From: a virus
IMG/VR virus record: IMGVR_UViG_3300045988_060146
Reading direction: 5' to 3' (one strand)
Length of the DNA: 57,663 nt
This document shows, one piece after another, positions 8,438 through 17,870 of the stretch. The translations under genes were made by a program, and so were the position numbers. A model generated the notes under the pieces. The model worked only from the letters and a program-made list of their open reading frames with translations. It searched no databases and had not been told where the DNA came from. Within the stretch, counting starts at the first letter, position 1. Every line of letters begins with the position of its first letter.

Positions 8438-9073
8438 CTAATTTTCTCCTTTCGGCTTTTTGCACCGCTCAAATTCGATAACCCACACCCAAGGGTTCGC
8501 ATTCCAACCGTAGCAGTCAAGGTCGGATTTCTTGATGGTGGTGGTCCAAAGTTTTTCCCATTCCATCATCATTTCATCACATCGACTGCACTCTTCTTCT
8601 GTCCCATAACAGCACTGCGAACCGCTTTCTTCGTATGTATTAAGACAATCCCAACAATCAGGATAAGCTCCCTCTTTTATCACATCAACCGGCTTCATCT
8701 CCTGCAACCGTTTCACCCTCACATCCGTAACCTTAAGCCAAATACGTGCGGCTTCTTTCGGCATGTGGATGGATGGTTTCCAATGTAAACCTTCTGATAT
8801 CCATGAATTATTATCTGCCTTATACCAAAAAATGTGAGCTGCTGCTTGAATAAATGTTTCTCGGACATAAAGAATATCGCCCGACTGATATGGAGCTTTT
8901 CTGATACACGGCTCATTTTTTCCGTTATACAACATCAGTTCATCTTTAATATATCCAGTCCATTGTGGATTTTCTCCTGACAAGAATTTTACCAGCCGAC
9001 GGGTGCAACTCTTTCTACCTTCCAGAATCGCCCTAACCATTTCTGTATTAAATAAAATCGGTTTAATTGCCAT
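8438..9073 (-). CDS. ASCH-like domain protein
   Basis: N-terminus KPILFNTEMVRAILEGRKSCTRR is typical of phage ASCH proteins. Cys-rich C-terminal half. Confidence 0.5.
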   Translation of the reverse strand: MAIKPILFNTEMVRAILEGRKSCTRRLVKFLSGENPQWTGYIKDELMLYNGKNEPCIRKAPYQSGDILYVRETFIQAAAHIFWYKADNNSWISEGLHWKPSIHMPKEAARIWLKVTDVRVKRLQEMKPVDVIKEGAYPDCWDCLNTYEESGSQCCYGTEEECSRCDEMMMEWEKLWTTTIKKSDLDCYGWNANPWVWVIEFERCKKPKGEN

Positions 9074-9085
9074 CTTCTTTCTCTC

Positions 9086-9481
9086 CTATTCCGTTTCTGA
9101 TTGAAGCCAATCAAGTGTGCATTTTTTACATATTTTTCTAATTTTATTGTTATCGAGTTCACTTTCACTAGCATAAGGGCACTCTTCCAAATCCATAGAA
9201 TCAATGCAACCACTAAATAGTACACTCGCTAATTCTTCATCCGACATATTTCTTATCCTGTCGGCATTGGTCTTTCTGCTATCACATCTGCAACAAGGCT
9301 CATTATCTCTTGAATTGCTGTTGCGCTGGCAGTTACAAGTGCTATTAATACTGCCATTCAATTCAGCTAATTTGTTATAATAGTATCTTATATACTCCTT
9401 GCCATACATATTTACTGTCTTTTCAAACTCGTAAATAGCATTACATTCCGCAAGCTCTTTTATTTGTTTGCTACTACACAT
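9086..9481 (-). CDS. Hypothetical Cys-rich protein (131 aa)
   Basis: ORF in the tightly packed early operon. Confidence 0.55.
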   Translation of the reverse strand: MCSSKQIKELAECNAIYEFEKTVNMYGKEYIRYYYNKLAELNGSINSTCNCQRNSNSRDNEPCCRCDSRKTNADRIRNMSDEELASVLFSGCIDSMDLEECPYASESELDNNKIRKICKKCTLDWLQSETE

Positions 9482-9738
9482 TATTCTCCACCTCTCAATT
9501 CTTTTAAATATTTCTTGTGCTCTTTTCTGAATTTCTTAGAATGTTTTTCAAGAATTTCATAAATGGCAATCTCATTGATTTGTGACTGTCCAAGTGGGTC
9601 TGAGACACACCAGCCGTCCGGTAACAAATACTCAATGATGAAGTGCCGGAATTCGGCATCACTCATGCCAACACCATACATGTTGTCTTTATCTTTTCTT
9701 GCTGAATATTTCTCTTTGAAAAACTCACTAATTGTCAT
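9481..9738 (-). CDS. Hypothetical protein (85 aa), C-terminus LKELRGGE
   Basis: Start MTISEFF after GAGAGGTGGAGA; ATGA overlap with the upstream gene. Confidence 0.55.
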   Translation of the reverse strand: MTISEFFKEKYSARKDKDNMYGVGMSDAEFRHFIIEYLLPDGWCVSDPLGQSQINEIAIYEILEKHSKKFRKEHKKYLKELRGGE

Positions 9739-10070
9739 TCTCCACCTCTCAATTCTTTCAGTTTTGCTTCGGCTTTTTCTTTTGTGGAAAAATACTTGCA
9801 ATTTTCCTTGTCAATATCCTCAATCTCGTATATCGCAAGTTCTCTTATAGGTCTTTTCATAACCATTGCATACTTAGGATTGTTTATATCAACAATGTAA
9901 TACACATATTTGCAAGATAGAATAACAAGTCTGTCCTGTTCTTCTAAATCCTCATATTTGCCTAATTTTTCTATCAGCAAATTCTTATAATCGTAACTAT
10001 TTTCTCCGCACGGCAAACTGTCAGAAGCTCCATGTGTTCCGTCTGAATAAGTCTTTGTTAATCTCTTCAT
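9735..10070 (-). CDS. Hypothetical protein (111 aa), C-terminus LKELRGGE
   Basis: ORF that shares its last 22 nt exactly with the next gene's 3' end. Confidence 0.55.
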   Translation of the reverse strand: MKRLTKTYSDGTHGASDSLPCGENSYDYKNLLIEKLGKYEDLEEQDRLVILSCKYVYYIVDINNPKYAMVMKRPIRELAIYEIEDIDKENCKYFSTKEKAEAKLKELRGGE

Positions 10071-10459
10071 TACTGCTCCTTTTCCGGAAGTTTAGCTAGT
10101 TCGCATACTGTACACATCTGACCACTCCATGATGTTGCTCCATGATTCCAAGCGTAAACTCTTCCATTCTCATATTTCGCAAAATGCCTTTTAACCCACG
10201 AGTGAATACCACTATACGTTGCCAGTATCGGTGTATCAACTGCAACTTTTGACCAGTCAATTGGTGGTTCAACATATTCACTGTTTGCCCATTTTTTTCT
10301 TGCACCTCTGCAATCACCATTACCAAAACTAAATAAACAATTTTTACACGCTAATTTATAGCACGATGTCAGCTCTAACGTTGTTTTGTCAACTGCTATT
10401 TCGCTACCACCACAAGCAATATCCAAAATCTGTTCTGCGAATTTCTCTCTATTTGTCAT
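10070..10459 (-). CDS. Hypothetical Cys-rich protein (129 aa)
   Basis: Start MTNREKF after GGAG; several CxxC-like pairs. Confidence 0.55.
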   Translation of the reverse strand: MTNREKFAEQILDIACGGSEIAVDKTTLELTSCYKLACKNCLFSFGNGDCRGARKKWANSEYVEPPIDWSKVAVDTPILATYSGIHSWVKRHFAKYENGRVYAWNHGATSWSGQMCTVCELAKLPEKEQ

Positions 10460-10613
10460 AGTTTTGTACTCCTTTCCCATAATCCGGCATGTGTTTAAAT
10501 CTCTCATATGTCTTATTATCTCTATGCGTTTCCATGTAGGCTTTCTGCCTATCGTCTCTCATCTGCTTTATGTGAGCATTTTGAGTGCTGTCGTTATCCC
10601 CTGCATAAGTCAT
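10449..10613 (-). CDS. Hypothetical protein (54 aa)
   Basis: TAATG overlap with the upstream stop codon; below the ORF-track cutoff. Confidence 0.3.
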   Translation of the reverse strand: MTYAGDNDSTQNAHIKQMRDDRQKAYMETHRDNKTYERFKHMPDYGKGVQNYDK

Positions 10614-11224
10614 TAATCAATCACCTTTATGTACCTTTCATCAACGTAATTAACTTCATCGGCAAGGCATTGCGCCACCTTTGGTAATGTCAGACCAAAT
10701 TGATTAAATTTATACAATGTATCGATTAAATCTCTAAATTCTCCGATAAATTCTTTAATTTCCTTAACCGACAATTTAAACATCAGCTTAAGTGCCGTAC
10801 ACGCTAAAGTCATGTAGCTGTATGCCGTATCGCTCAAAAGCTGTCTCGTGTCGTTTATCGTGAGTAAATTATTTCTCTGATAAATCCTAATCAACTGCTG
10901 CATTGGGATTAAATTAATCTCTTTCTGCACATCAATGCCGTATCTAACTTTCAAAAGTTCGGCAAGCGTTTCGGTTTTCATTTCTTTTTCGCTCTGTGCC
11001 CTGTCAAGGTACTCATTTATGGTTCTTTCAAGCCTTACAATGCGCTTATTGCCAAATCCATGATGCAAATACAGTACATAGTAGCCTAAGTCCATAAAGT
11101 CTGTGAAAGACCGCCTTACGAGTTTTCTGCGGTTATTACTGCTTTTCAGCGTAATTCTTTCGGATTTTGTCCATGTAAAATCCGGCTCTTTGTGCTTTTT
11201 CTTTGGTTTCAGTTTGTTGCTCAT
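10613..11224 (-). CDS. Hypothetical protein (203 aa)
   Basis: Long ORF. Its first 89 nt overlap the upstream gene out of frame. Confidence 0.55.
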   Translation of the reverse strand: MSNKLKPKKKHKEPDFTWTKSERITLKSSNNRRKLVRRSFTDFMDLGYYVLYLHHGFGNKRIVRLERTINEYLDRAQSEKEMKTETLAELLKVRYGIDVQKEINLIPMQQLIRIYQRNNLLTINDTRQLLSDTAYSYMTLACTALKLMFKLSVKEIKEFIGEFRDLIDTLYKFNQFGLTLPKVAQCLADEVNYVDERYIKVID

Positions 11225-11426
11225 ATTTCTTCATTCTTTCTTCAAGTTCTCGTTTTGCCCTGATAAAACAGGCTTCGGTAGTTTCTTCTGTGACTTTTAC
11301 AAGCTCTTTATCCCGCCACCGGATAGTTATTTTTGCTTCCTTACTATTTGTTTTGTAAATCATTTGCAAGTCATATTTCCTTTGCAGTGGTCGGTAAAAA
11401 TCGTAAAAATCTTTCAAGGCGTCCAT
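11136..11426 (-). CDS. Hypothetical protein (96 aa)
   Basis: Start MDALKDF after AAAGGAG. Confidence 0.5.
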   Translation of the reverse strand: MDALKDFYDFYRPLQRKYDLQMIYKTNSKEAKITIRWRDKELVKVTEETTEACFIRAKRELEERMKKYEQQTETKEKAQRAGFYMDKIRKNYAEKQ

Positions 11427-11594
11427 TGTGGACTCCTTTCTTTTATCTTCTGTCGTGCCAAGTTTGCCTTTTCGCAAGTTGCGTTCTTAACGTTCTGCTG
11501 ATAGTGCATTTCACAGACCTTATATCCGGGCTTTACCGGATTGTCGCAGAAAAAACATAGTCCTTGTTCATATCTGCCGGTTCTTTCAGGCATT

Positions 11595-12044
11595 TTAACG
11601 TGTGCTTCTCATTGTTTCCCGGCAAAATGTACAAGTGGTATGTCCCGGGTCTGCTTTCCTTTTGCGACAGCGTGTGCATATGCCATTTTTCTTGTCTTTT
11701 TCGTATCGTGCTTTTCGCCATACTTTTTGTCGCTCATTGTATTTTTCAACATCAGCAGCACGTATCTTTGACATGGCTTCGGCTGATTTTGCCCTACACT
11801 CAACACAGCTTTTTTCGTCACCATATAGCAAGTTTTTACCACATCTAGGGCAAACACCAACTGCCTGTAATTTTTTATAAAGCTCTCTGCCATATGCTGT
11901 GCGTTTGCTGTTACATGCCGTGCAAACCACACCTTCTCTATCAAGTGGTTTTCCACAAAGCACACAAAGGTTACTGGCTTTTCGTTCTTCATACCTTTGC
12001 CTAGAATATTTGTCTTTTATCATTTTTCGCCAGGAGTAAAACAT
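11595..12044 (-). CDS. Multi-CxxC zinc-finger protein
   Basis: Repeated CVLCGK/CTAC, CPRCGK/CVEC and CTRCRK/CTFC pairs. Preferred over the overlapping alternative frame 11609..11992. Confidence 0.5.
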   Translation of the reverse strand: MFYSWRKMIKDKYSRQRYEERKASNLCVLCGKPLDREGVVCTACNSKRTAYGRELYKKLQAVGVCPRCGKNLLYGDEKSCVECRAKSAEAMSKIRAADVEKYNERQKVWRKARYEKDKKNGICTRCRKRKADPGHTTCTFCRETMRSTR

Positions 12045-12076
12045 GTTTTAATTGGTCGACCAAAACCTCTTACCTC

Positions 12077-12727
12077 CTATCTCTTCATCTGCTCGATACG
12101 TTCTTTAATTTCTTTTGGCATTGGAATGCCTTTAATCGGCTTATTTTGGCTTTTATTATCTTCGAGCGATAATTTTATCGTCTGTTGATTTTTAGAGCCG
12201 ATTTGAGCCAAATACGAGCTTCTATTGACATTTTCAATCAATGCCTTTATATCCTTTGGCATTTTTTGAAATTCCTTTGCCCGATTAACAACTACCCTAT
12301 AAGTTCTCATAAAGTTTGACTGGACTACGTTTTCAATGCTGTTTATGTCCGTCAGCGCCCAGTTCCTAAGATTATCAGGACTCCCGACAGCCTTTTGTAC
12401 GAGCGGTGGTAGCTTATTAAATTCTTCAACTGCACCATAGTAGCCGTTTCGTAGTGCCCTGCTAACAAGGAACCATGCTTCCATTTCGTTAAGCTCCTGT
12501 GGGGATTGAACCTCATGCAGTTTGTTGATTAGCTGTCCGATGCTCGGTGCAAAACCGCTTGTATCGGAATGCACGTAAGCTTTCAATGCTGTAGATATTT
12601 GGCTGTAGTCGTATTCATTTAACATCATATCCCACACATCTACTGTCTCTGATAAATTGCTCGGCTTGTAATTGGGGTAGCAATCACACATTATGCGAAT
12701 GATTTTAATTGTCTCGTCTCTTGTCAT
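12077..12727 (-). CDS. Replicative helicase loader/inhibitor (SPP1 G39P-like)
   Basis: N-terminus ETIKIIRIMCDCYPNYKP...VDVWDMMLNEYDY is typical of G39P-like loaders. Follows the replisome organizer gene. Confidence 0.6.
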   Translation of the reverse strand: MTRDETIKIIRIMCDCYPNYKPSNLSETVDVWDMMLNEYDYSQISTALKAYVHSDTSGFAPSIGQLINKLHEVQSPQELNEMEAWFLVSRALRNGYYGAVEEFNKLPPLVQKAVGSPDNLRNWALTDINSIENVVQSNFMRTYRVVVNRAKEFQKMPKDIKALIENVNRSSYLAQIGSKNQQTIKLSLEDNKSQNKPIKGIPMPKEIKERIEQMKR

Positions 12728-12736
12728 TTCTCTACC

Positions 12737-13522
12737 TCACACATTATCCCAATCAATGGTGCCTTTGTTAGCTGAATGTGGCTCATTGTCCTTTAGTGCA
12801 AACAGCCCTTGCCAACAATGGTCTACTGACTGATTAAGGATTTTAACAGCCAAATCATTATCACCCTTTGAAAGTCTCTCAATAGTGTTCATAGCTCGGT
12901 GTAATGCCATGTCGGTGCATATTGGCTTCTTGATTTTCTTTCGCATTGTCAGATATTCCTGAAAAGCACTCTCTAGCATTGCATCATCAGGGTAGTAAAC
13001 AGTTTTCTTTTTAGATATTGATTTATCAATATCTTTTTCTTTTATATCCTTATCTTTACTATCCTTAACTATACTATTCTTATCTATACTTACCTTACCT
13101 ATACTATCCTGTGGCAGACAAGTGGCAACCACTTGGCAACCATCCGGCAACCCATTGGCAACCACATGGCAACCATCATCAGAAAATGTGTATGCACCAT
13201 TGGATTTTATCTTTAATTTTGCCAATTCTTCCTTAAAATTCGTTGGTGTATACCGGTCTTTTCTCAAAGCGTTTGCCATGCGCCAATGCTTAATTACAAT
13301 CACACCATTATCAAACTGATAAATGTATCTTTTTTCCAATAGTTGCTGTAAATCAGCCACACTTGCGTGAGCTTTGAACATGGAAACTGATACCTGATTG
13401 CAAAATCCGTCATCATCAGCAGACATAGATAAATGCAAATATAAGGCTTGCGCACTTGATGATAAAGCCATGAAATTATCATCATCAGTGACTTTTTTTG
13501 TGAACATTCTACGTTCTGCCAT
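12737..13522 (-). CDS. Phage replisome organizer / replication initiation protein
   Basis: N-terminus MAERRMFTKKVTDDDNFMALSSSAQALYLHLSMSADDDGF matches the replisome-organizer N-terminal domain. Confidence 0.75.
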   Translation of the reverse strand: MAERRMFTKKVTDDDNFMALSSSAQALYLHLSMSADDDGFCNQVSVSMFKAHASVADLQQLLEKRYIYQFDNGVIVIKHWRMANALRKDRYTPTNFKEELAKLKIKSNGAYTFSDDGCHVVANGLPDGCQVVATCLPQDSIGKVSIDKNSIVKDSKDKDIKEKDIDKSISKKKTVYYPDDAMLESAFQEYLTMRKKIKKPICTDMALHRAMNTIERLSKGDNDLAVKILNQSVDHCWQGLFALKDNEPHSANKGTIDWDNV

Positions 13523-13562
13523 TTAATTAATCTCCTATTTTTTCAAGTTCGGTTAATGTATT

Positions 13563-13787
13563 TTAATCTTTTCCCTCGTTGTTTATATTGTTATACCTTT
13601 TTCTCAACGTGTTCTGCACCTTGTTCATACCCTTGAAACCACCGACAATAAAAGCTATTTCTGCTCTATTTTCCGTTGCCTTTGTTTCTGCTTCTATATC
13701 GTGTAGTCCGTATTCAGCCTGAATAATTTCATTTGCAGTAATTCTTTTCAGAATTTCTTCGCATTTCTTCTTGCTTAAAAACTTCAC
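13563..13787 (-). CDS. Hypothetical protein (74 aa)
   Basis: ORF in the operon. Confidence 0.5.
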   Translation of the reverse strand: MKFLSKKKCEEILKRITANEIIQAEYGLHDIEAETKATENRAEIAFIVGGFKGMNKVQNTLRKRYNNINNEGKD

Positions 13788-13812
13788 TCTGTTTTACTCC
13801 TTTCAACAAATT

Positions 13813-13992
13813 TCAGTTTGCCTGTTCAATTTCTACATCAACATCAATATGCAATCTTTTTTTCTTTCCTGTATTAACATCAATACAGGAAACATACCCA
13901 TTTGTACTCTCCAACAAATGTCCTACTTTGTAAATATCACCCTCAAATCTGAACACATCTCCTTTTCTTAAAAATCCTATCTGCGTAATCAT
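13813..13992 (-). CDS. Hypothetical protein (59 aa)
   Basis: ATG after GGAGGTAGATAT; just below the ORF-track cutoff. Confidence 0.4.
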   Translation of the reverse strand: MITQIGFLRKGDVFRFEGDIYKVGHLLESTNGYVSCIDVNTGKKKRLHIDVDVEIEQAN

Positions 13993-14214
13993 ATATCTAC
14001 CTCCATAAATCCTAATTTATCTTTACATCAAATTCTCTTTTGATTTCAGGATATCTACCAAATTAATGTATAGACAATTCCTTTGCCTGTTGTTGTTATA
14101 TCAAGTGTTATCTCGGTAGTGCCTTTTTCTTTTAAGTTTTGGATAAAATTATTTACTTTGCCTGTTCTTTTCTCTTACCAGACTGGCATCCTTTCTAAAT
14201 TTCAGTTTACAACA

Positions 14215-14520
14215 TTAAACACTTTTCTTCTGTAAGTTTGCCACAACTCTGCAACCATAAAGTTCTAACAAATCATGTAAATCAAACTCTTCTAATTCAT
14301 TCTCATCAGCGATTTTATCGCTATGCACAAGAATCTCATCATCCATCTCGGCTGCATGAATTGTCTGCCTAAGAATACTTAACATAGTATCTACTGCATA
14401 CTCAAAACCTTTAAGATTATCTTCGTTCATACCACCTGTAAGAGCGTCTTTCATTTTATTCATCTGTTCCTCTAAAAACTTTGGAACATTACAAGCTATA
14501 AACATCATTTCTTCATTCAT
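14215..14520 (-). CDS. Hypothetical acidic protein (101 aa)
   Basis: Start taken at MNEEMMF. Confidence 0.5.
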   Translation of the reverse strand: MNEEMMFIACNVPKFLEEQMNKMKDALTGGMNEDNLKGFEYAVDTMLSILRQTIHAAEMDDEILVHSDKIADENELEEFDLHDLLELYGCRVVANLQKKSV

Positions 14521-14591
14521 TTTCTTTTTTTCCTTTCTCATAAATACTTGATTTTTTAGGAACTATGGTTCAATAAACAAGCGGTCATGCC

Positions 14592-14782
14592 TTACCTCTC
14601 CACAACGCTGTTTAATTTGCCTAATAACTCATCGTTAATCATCTTAGCAGATATATCAACATGCATATTTGCAATGATTTTTTCAAATTTTCTATCGCTG
14701 CTTCATATCCACACTTATATCCAATGTTGTAACAATTCTCAGTAGTTGATTTTATTTCTTCTAAGTATTGTGATTTATCCAT
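14592..14782 (-). pseudogene. Small ORF interrupted by a -1 frame change at an A6 run
   Basis: MDKSQYLEEIK...ENLKK stops 14 codons after the AAAAAA run (14678..14683). The -1 frame continues IIANMHVDISAKMINDELLGKLNSVVER. Confidence 0.35.
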
Positions 14783-14803
14783 AATTGCCGCCTTTCTTTT
14801 CAT

Positions 14804-15421
14804 TTACTCAACGTCCTTATATGAATCTGCATTAATAAGCTCCATAAATTTATCTAGTTGCTTCTGTGACACCTTATTGCCCTGTTTATCCTCTCTAATC
14901 GTCACAACAAGGTGTTTTTCGATGATATGCGATAATTCCCTTGCGAGGTTCTTTCTACCTTGCTGTACGCCCTGCAGATAGCCCTTAGGCGCTTTTCTCT
15001 CGCCTATTGAACCACTAGCACGATTTTCCCCTTGACCGCCTAAACTGACATTTCTAAGTTGATAACCCTTATCGGCATATAGCTTGATGTAATACTTCTC
15101 TTTTTCGTCAAGCTGACTTTCGGGGAAATTCAGAAATTCAACTCGCCAGCCATAAGGGTTTTTCTCTTTATCGTACAGCTTATGGCGTTTCAAACTAAGG
15201 TCTATGTGCTGTTCATATCCCACAAGGTGGCTTGCCAATCTGCTAAGTGTATGTACCGCCTGTCCGATATAAGCGTACTTAAATCCGTTTTCATCTTCTC
15301 GGAGTAAGAAGTATATTCCACTTTTATCATTTAGTTTTGGATTCAGCTTCAATAGTCGCTTTTTGTTTTCTTGTTCTATTGCCTTGACTCTCGCTATGTT
15401 TTGATAATTCAATGTTTCCAC
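14804..15421 (-). CDS. GIY-YIG nuclease (homing-endonuclease-like), copy 1
   Basis: SGIYFLLRED..YAYIGQA..., then YYIKLYADKGYQLRN. GTG start. Paralogous to 15691..16077. Confidence 0.75.
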   Translation of the reverse strand: METLNYQNIARVKAIEQENKKRLLKLNPKLNDKSGIYFLLREDENGFKYAYIGQAVHTLSRLASHLVGYEQHIDLSLKRHKLYDKEKNPYGWRVEFLNFPESQLDEKEKYYIKLYADKGYQLRNVSLGGQGENRASGSIGERKAPKGYLQGVQQGRKNLARELSHIIEKHLVVTIREDKQGNKVSQKQLDKFMELINADSYKDVE

Positions 15422-15698
15422 CTGCCTTTACTATCTCGATTGCCTTACCATAAGCAATTAGCTGACCTAATTCTTTCGGTTTATCTTTTATAATGTCATC
15501 AAGGATTCTGTTTACAGGGACTTGACTTTTTAATTCTTCCAACTGTCTTACAACCTTGTCAATATCATAGGCTGTCGGCTGATTATTCAGCCATGCTTTA
15601 ACGATACAATTGTTACAGTATTCGCCTTTTTGCAATTTAGGACACAACGCATTGCAATAATTCTTCATTGCTGTGCTTCTGCTTATTAAATCACTCAT
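15327..15698 (-). CDS. Hypothetical protein between the two GIY-YIG genes
   Basis: Start MSDLISR after GGTGGTAAGA. Its 3' end overlaps copy 1 by 95 nt out of frame. Confidence 0.45.
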   Translation of the reverse strand: MSDLISRSTAMKNYCNALCPKLQKGEYCNNCIVKAWLNNQPTAYDIDKVVRQLEELKSQVPVNRILDDIIKDKPKELGQLIAYGKAIEIVKAGGNIELSKHSESQGNRTRKQKATIEAESKTK

Positions 15699-16077
15699 TC
15701 TTACCACCAGCCGTCTTGTTATATCTGCACTGATAACCTCTTTTTGCGTATTCCAAAATCCAATGTTGCTCCATTTCGTCAAGCTTGTCTTTCGGATAGT
15801 ACATAACATTCAATTTCCAACCATAAGGATTGTTTTCGCTATAAAATCCTCTTTTCTTGATTGATAAATCTATGTGCTGATAGCCTGTCAAGTGCGATAT
15901 ACTGCGTTCTAAGCAATCTACGCTCTGACCAATATAAAAGTACGATATTCCGTTTTCATCAGTCCTAGTGTAGAAATAAATGCCACTCTTACGTTTCATA
16001 TCAGGGCAAACATCTAAGATACGCTTTTCGTTCATTTTCTTGATTGCATATATCTTTCTGTAATTAGGTTGTGCCAT
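15691..16077 (-). CDS. GIY-YIG nuclease, copy 2
   Basis: SGIYFYTRTDENGISYFYIGQS..., then WILEYAKRGYQCRYN. Start taken at MAQPNYRK by alignment with copy 1. Confidence 0.75.
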   Translation of the reverse strand: MAQPNYRKIYAIKKMNEKRILDVCPDMKRKSGIYFYTRTDENGISYFYIGQSVDCLERSISHLTGYQHIDLSIKKRGFYSENNPYGWKLNVMYYPKDKLDEMEQHWILEYAKRGYQCRYNKTAGGKNE

Positions 16078-16429
16078 TCTTATCACGCTCCAATAATATA
16101 CATTCAGTTTCAAAGAGTTTTTCAGATATATCTTTTGAATTAACTCTGCTCTCAAATTCTTTGATAAAATCTCTGTATGCCTGTTTTCTAACTTCTCGGT
16201 CGTGCTTGGTACAATCAAGCTCATCGAATGAGATATTGATTTTTCTGATAAAACTGTAACTTGATTTATCAGAATTGATATTCATGTATCTTTCAGTACA
16301 TATTGGTATAATGCCGTTTTTCTGTAGCAGTTCTGTAATCTGAAATACAAACGCTCTTACAACTGCAATATCTTTTTGCTCCGACATATCCTTTGCAATA
16401 TTTGCAAATATTTTATTTGTATAATCCAT
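16064..16429 (-). CDS. Hypothetical protein (121 aa)
   Basis: ORF in the operon. Confidence 0.5.
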   Translation of the reverse strand: MDYTNKIFANIAKDMSEQKDIAVVRAFVFQITELLQKNGIIPICTERYMNINSDKSSYSFIRKINISFDELDCTKHDREVRKQAYRDFIKEFESRVNSKDISEKLFETECILLERDKNGTT

Positions 16430-16482
16430 TATTTTTCCTTTCTAGGACAGCCGTTATTGACTGCCCTATAATCAATCGACTC

Positions 16483-16893
16483 TTAGTTAAATGGTAATTC
16501 CCCGTCAATACCATCAGGAATTGACATAAAGCCATCATCGGGTTTTGGCTGTGGCTCTGCACTGCTGCCACTTGAATTTTTACTGTCGCAAAATTCCAAC
16601 TTAGATATGTTGCAATCGTTAGTGTAGACTGTGTTTCCGTCTCTATTCTTGTAACTGCCTGTAGTCCACTCACCGATAACCGCTATCTTTGAGCCTTTAA
16701 ATACGTGCTTTTCTACTGTTTCAGCAATCTTGCCAAAAGCCACGCAGTTAATGAAATTTGCCTTATCGTCTTTCTTCTTAAAATTCTTGTCAACGGCAAG
16801 TGTAAACCTTGCTATTGCCATTGCATTCTCTCCCTGTGAATATCTAATATCCGGATCTCTAGTTAATCGGCCCATTAATGCTACAAAATTCAT
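16483..16893 (-). CDS. ssb: Single-stranded DNA-binding protein
   Basis: OB-fold N-terminus MNFVALMGRLTRDPDIRY and acidic tail DGIDGELPF. Confidence 0.9.
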   Translation of the reverse strand: MNFVALMGRLTRDPDIRYSQGENAMAIARFTLAVDKNFKKKDDKANFINCVAFGKIAETVEKHVFKGSKIAVIGEWTTGSYKNRDGNTVYTNDCNISKLEFCDSKNSSGSSAEPQPKPDDGFMSIPDGIDGELPFN

Positions 16894-17129
16894 TATTTTT
16901 CCTCACTTTCTATATCAATAATTTCTTTGCATTTAACAATTTCAAAATCTCTATCCCAAGAAGAACAACCGCTTTCAGCCTGTTTTGCTGTTCTGTATGT
17001 TTTAATTGCCGTATCTTTCAATTCATCAACTTTGACAAAATGAAATTCTCTTGATAAACCGCACCATATTTCAGTGCGATTTCGTCTCATAACGGCATAT
17101 CTTGTCCTTTCTATTCTCAAAATGGACAT
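16893..17129 (-). CDS. Hypothetical protein (78 aa)
   Basis: ATGA-coupled ORF. Confidence 0.5.
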   Translation of the reverse strand: MSILRIERTRYAVMRRNRTEIWCGLSREFHFVKVDELKDTAIKTYRTAKQAESGCSSWDRDFEIVKCKEIIDIESEEK

Positions 17130-17870
17130 TCATCCCCTTTCCTTAAAGCCCATTCCTTGTTGCGCTCTGCAACATCCACATTTGCCCCGCAAGCGACTTT
17201 TTTCATCTTCTCGATAAAATTATCTCTATCAGCATTTTCACTTGATAGATGACACATTATGACATTCTGCAAGCTATCTGAATAATTTGCCTTAACAAAA
17301 TCACAAGCCGTGTCAATACTTAAGTGACCTCTGAAAACGTGATTAGCTTTGCCTGTGTTATCCCTGTCAATTAAATCCTTGTCATAATTCACACCTAATA
17401 GAATGTGGTTTATATCTTTGAATTTCCATTTGACAACCTCACAATCGGTTATGTAAAGCATTCTCCCCATTTCCTTGTGCGTAATCAGAAAGCCGTATAT
17501 CGGGCAAGGTTCGCCATTTGCATTTGTGTGCGTCCAACTTCCGTCTATTGTTGTCAGGTCAAATGCCTTAACTTTAAAACCGCCAAATGGTATCGTGTGA
17601 TAACGATGTATGCCCTCGTGTTGTGCGTATTGTATATATGGTGTATAAATTGGTATTCCCATTGATTTAAAATCGTTCAATGACCTTGAATGGTCGTCAA
17701 TAATGCTCGTGTGAAATAAGGCAACCTACTATATTTTTTACATTCCAATCACACATCTTTTTTATGCCTTTAATTCCCATTCCCACATCAAGAATAAGTG
17801 TTTCGTTTTGTGACATAAGAGCGTAAGAATTTCCTTTACTTCCAGTTCCGCAACATTTCAATTTGAGCAT
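17117..17870 (-). pseudogene. Metallo-beta-lactamase-fold hydrolase gene split by a frame disruption inside the HxHxDH motif
   Basis: The 57-aa N-terminal ORF (17697..17870), MLKLKCCGTGSKGNSY...CLISHEHY, stops at a TGA. The +1 frame continues DDHSRSLNDFKSMGIP into ORF 17117..17680. Confidence 0.7.

Noticed and set aside
11609-11992. 127-aa ORF in an alternative frame of the zinc-finger gene region.
   Set aside because: It lies entirely inside 11595..12044, whose repeated CxxC pairs look like a real protein. The alternative frame has no RBS or motif.
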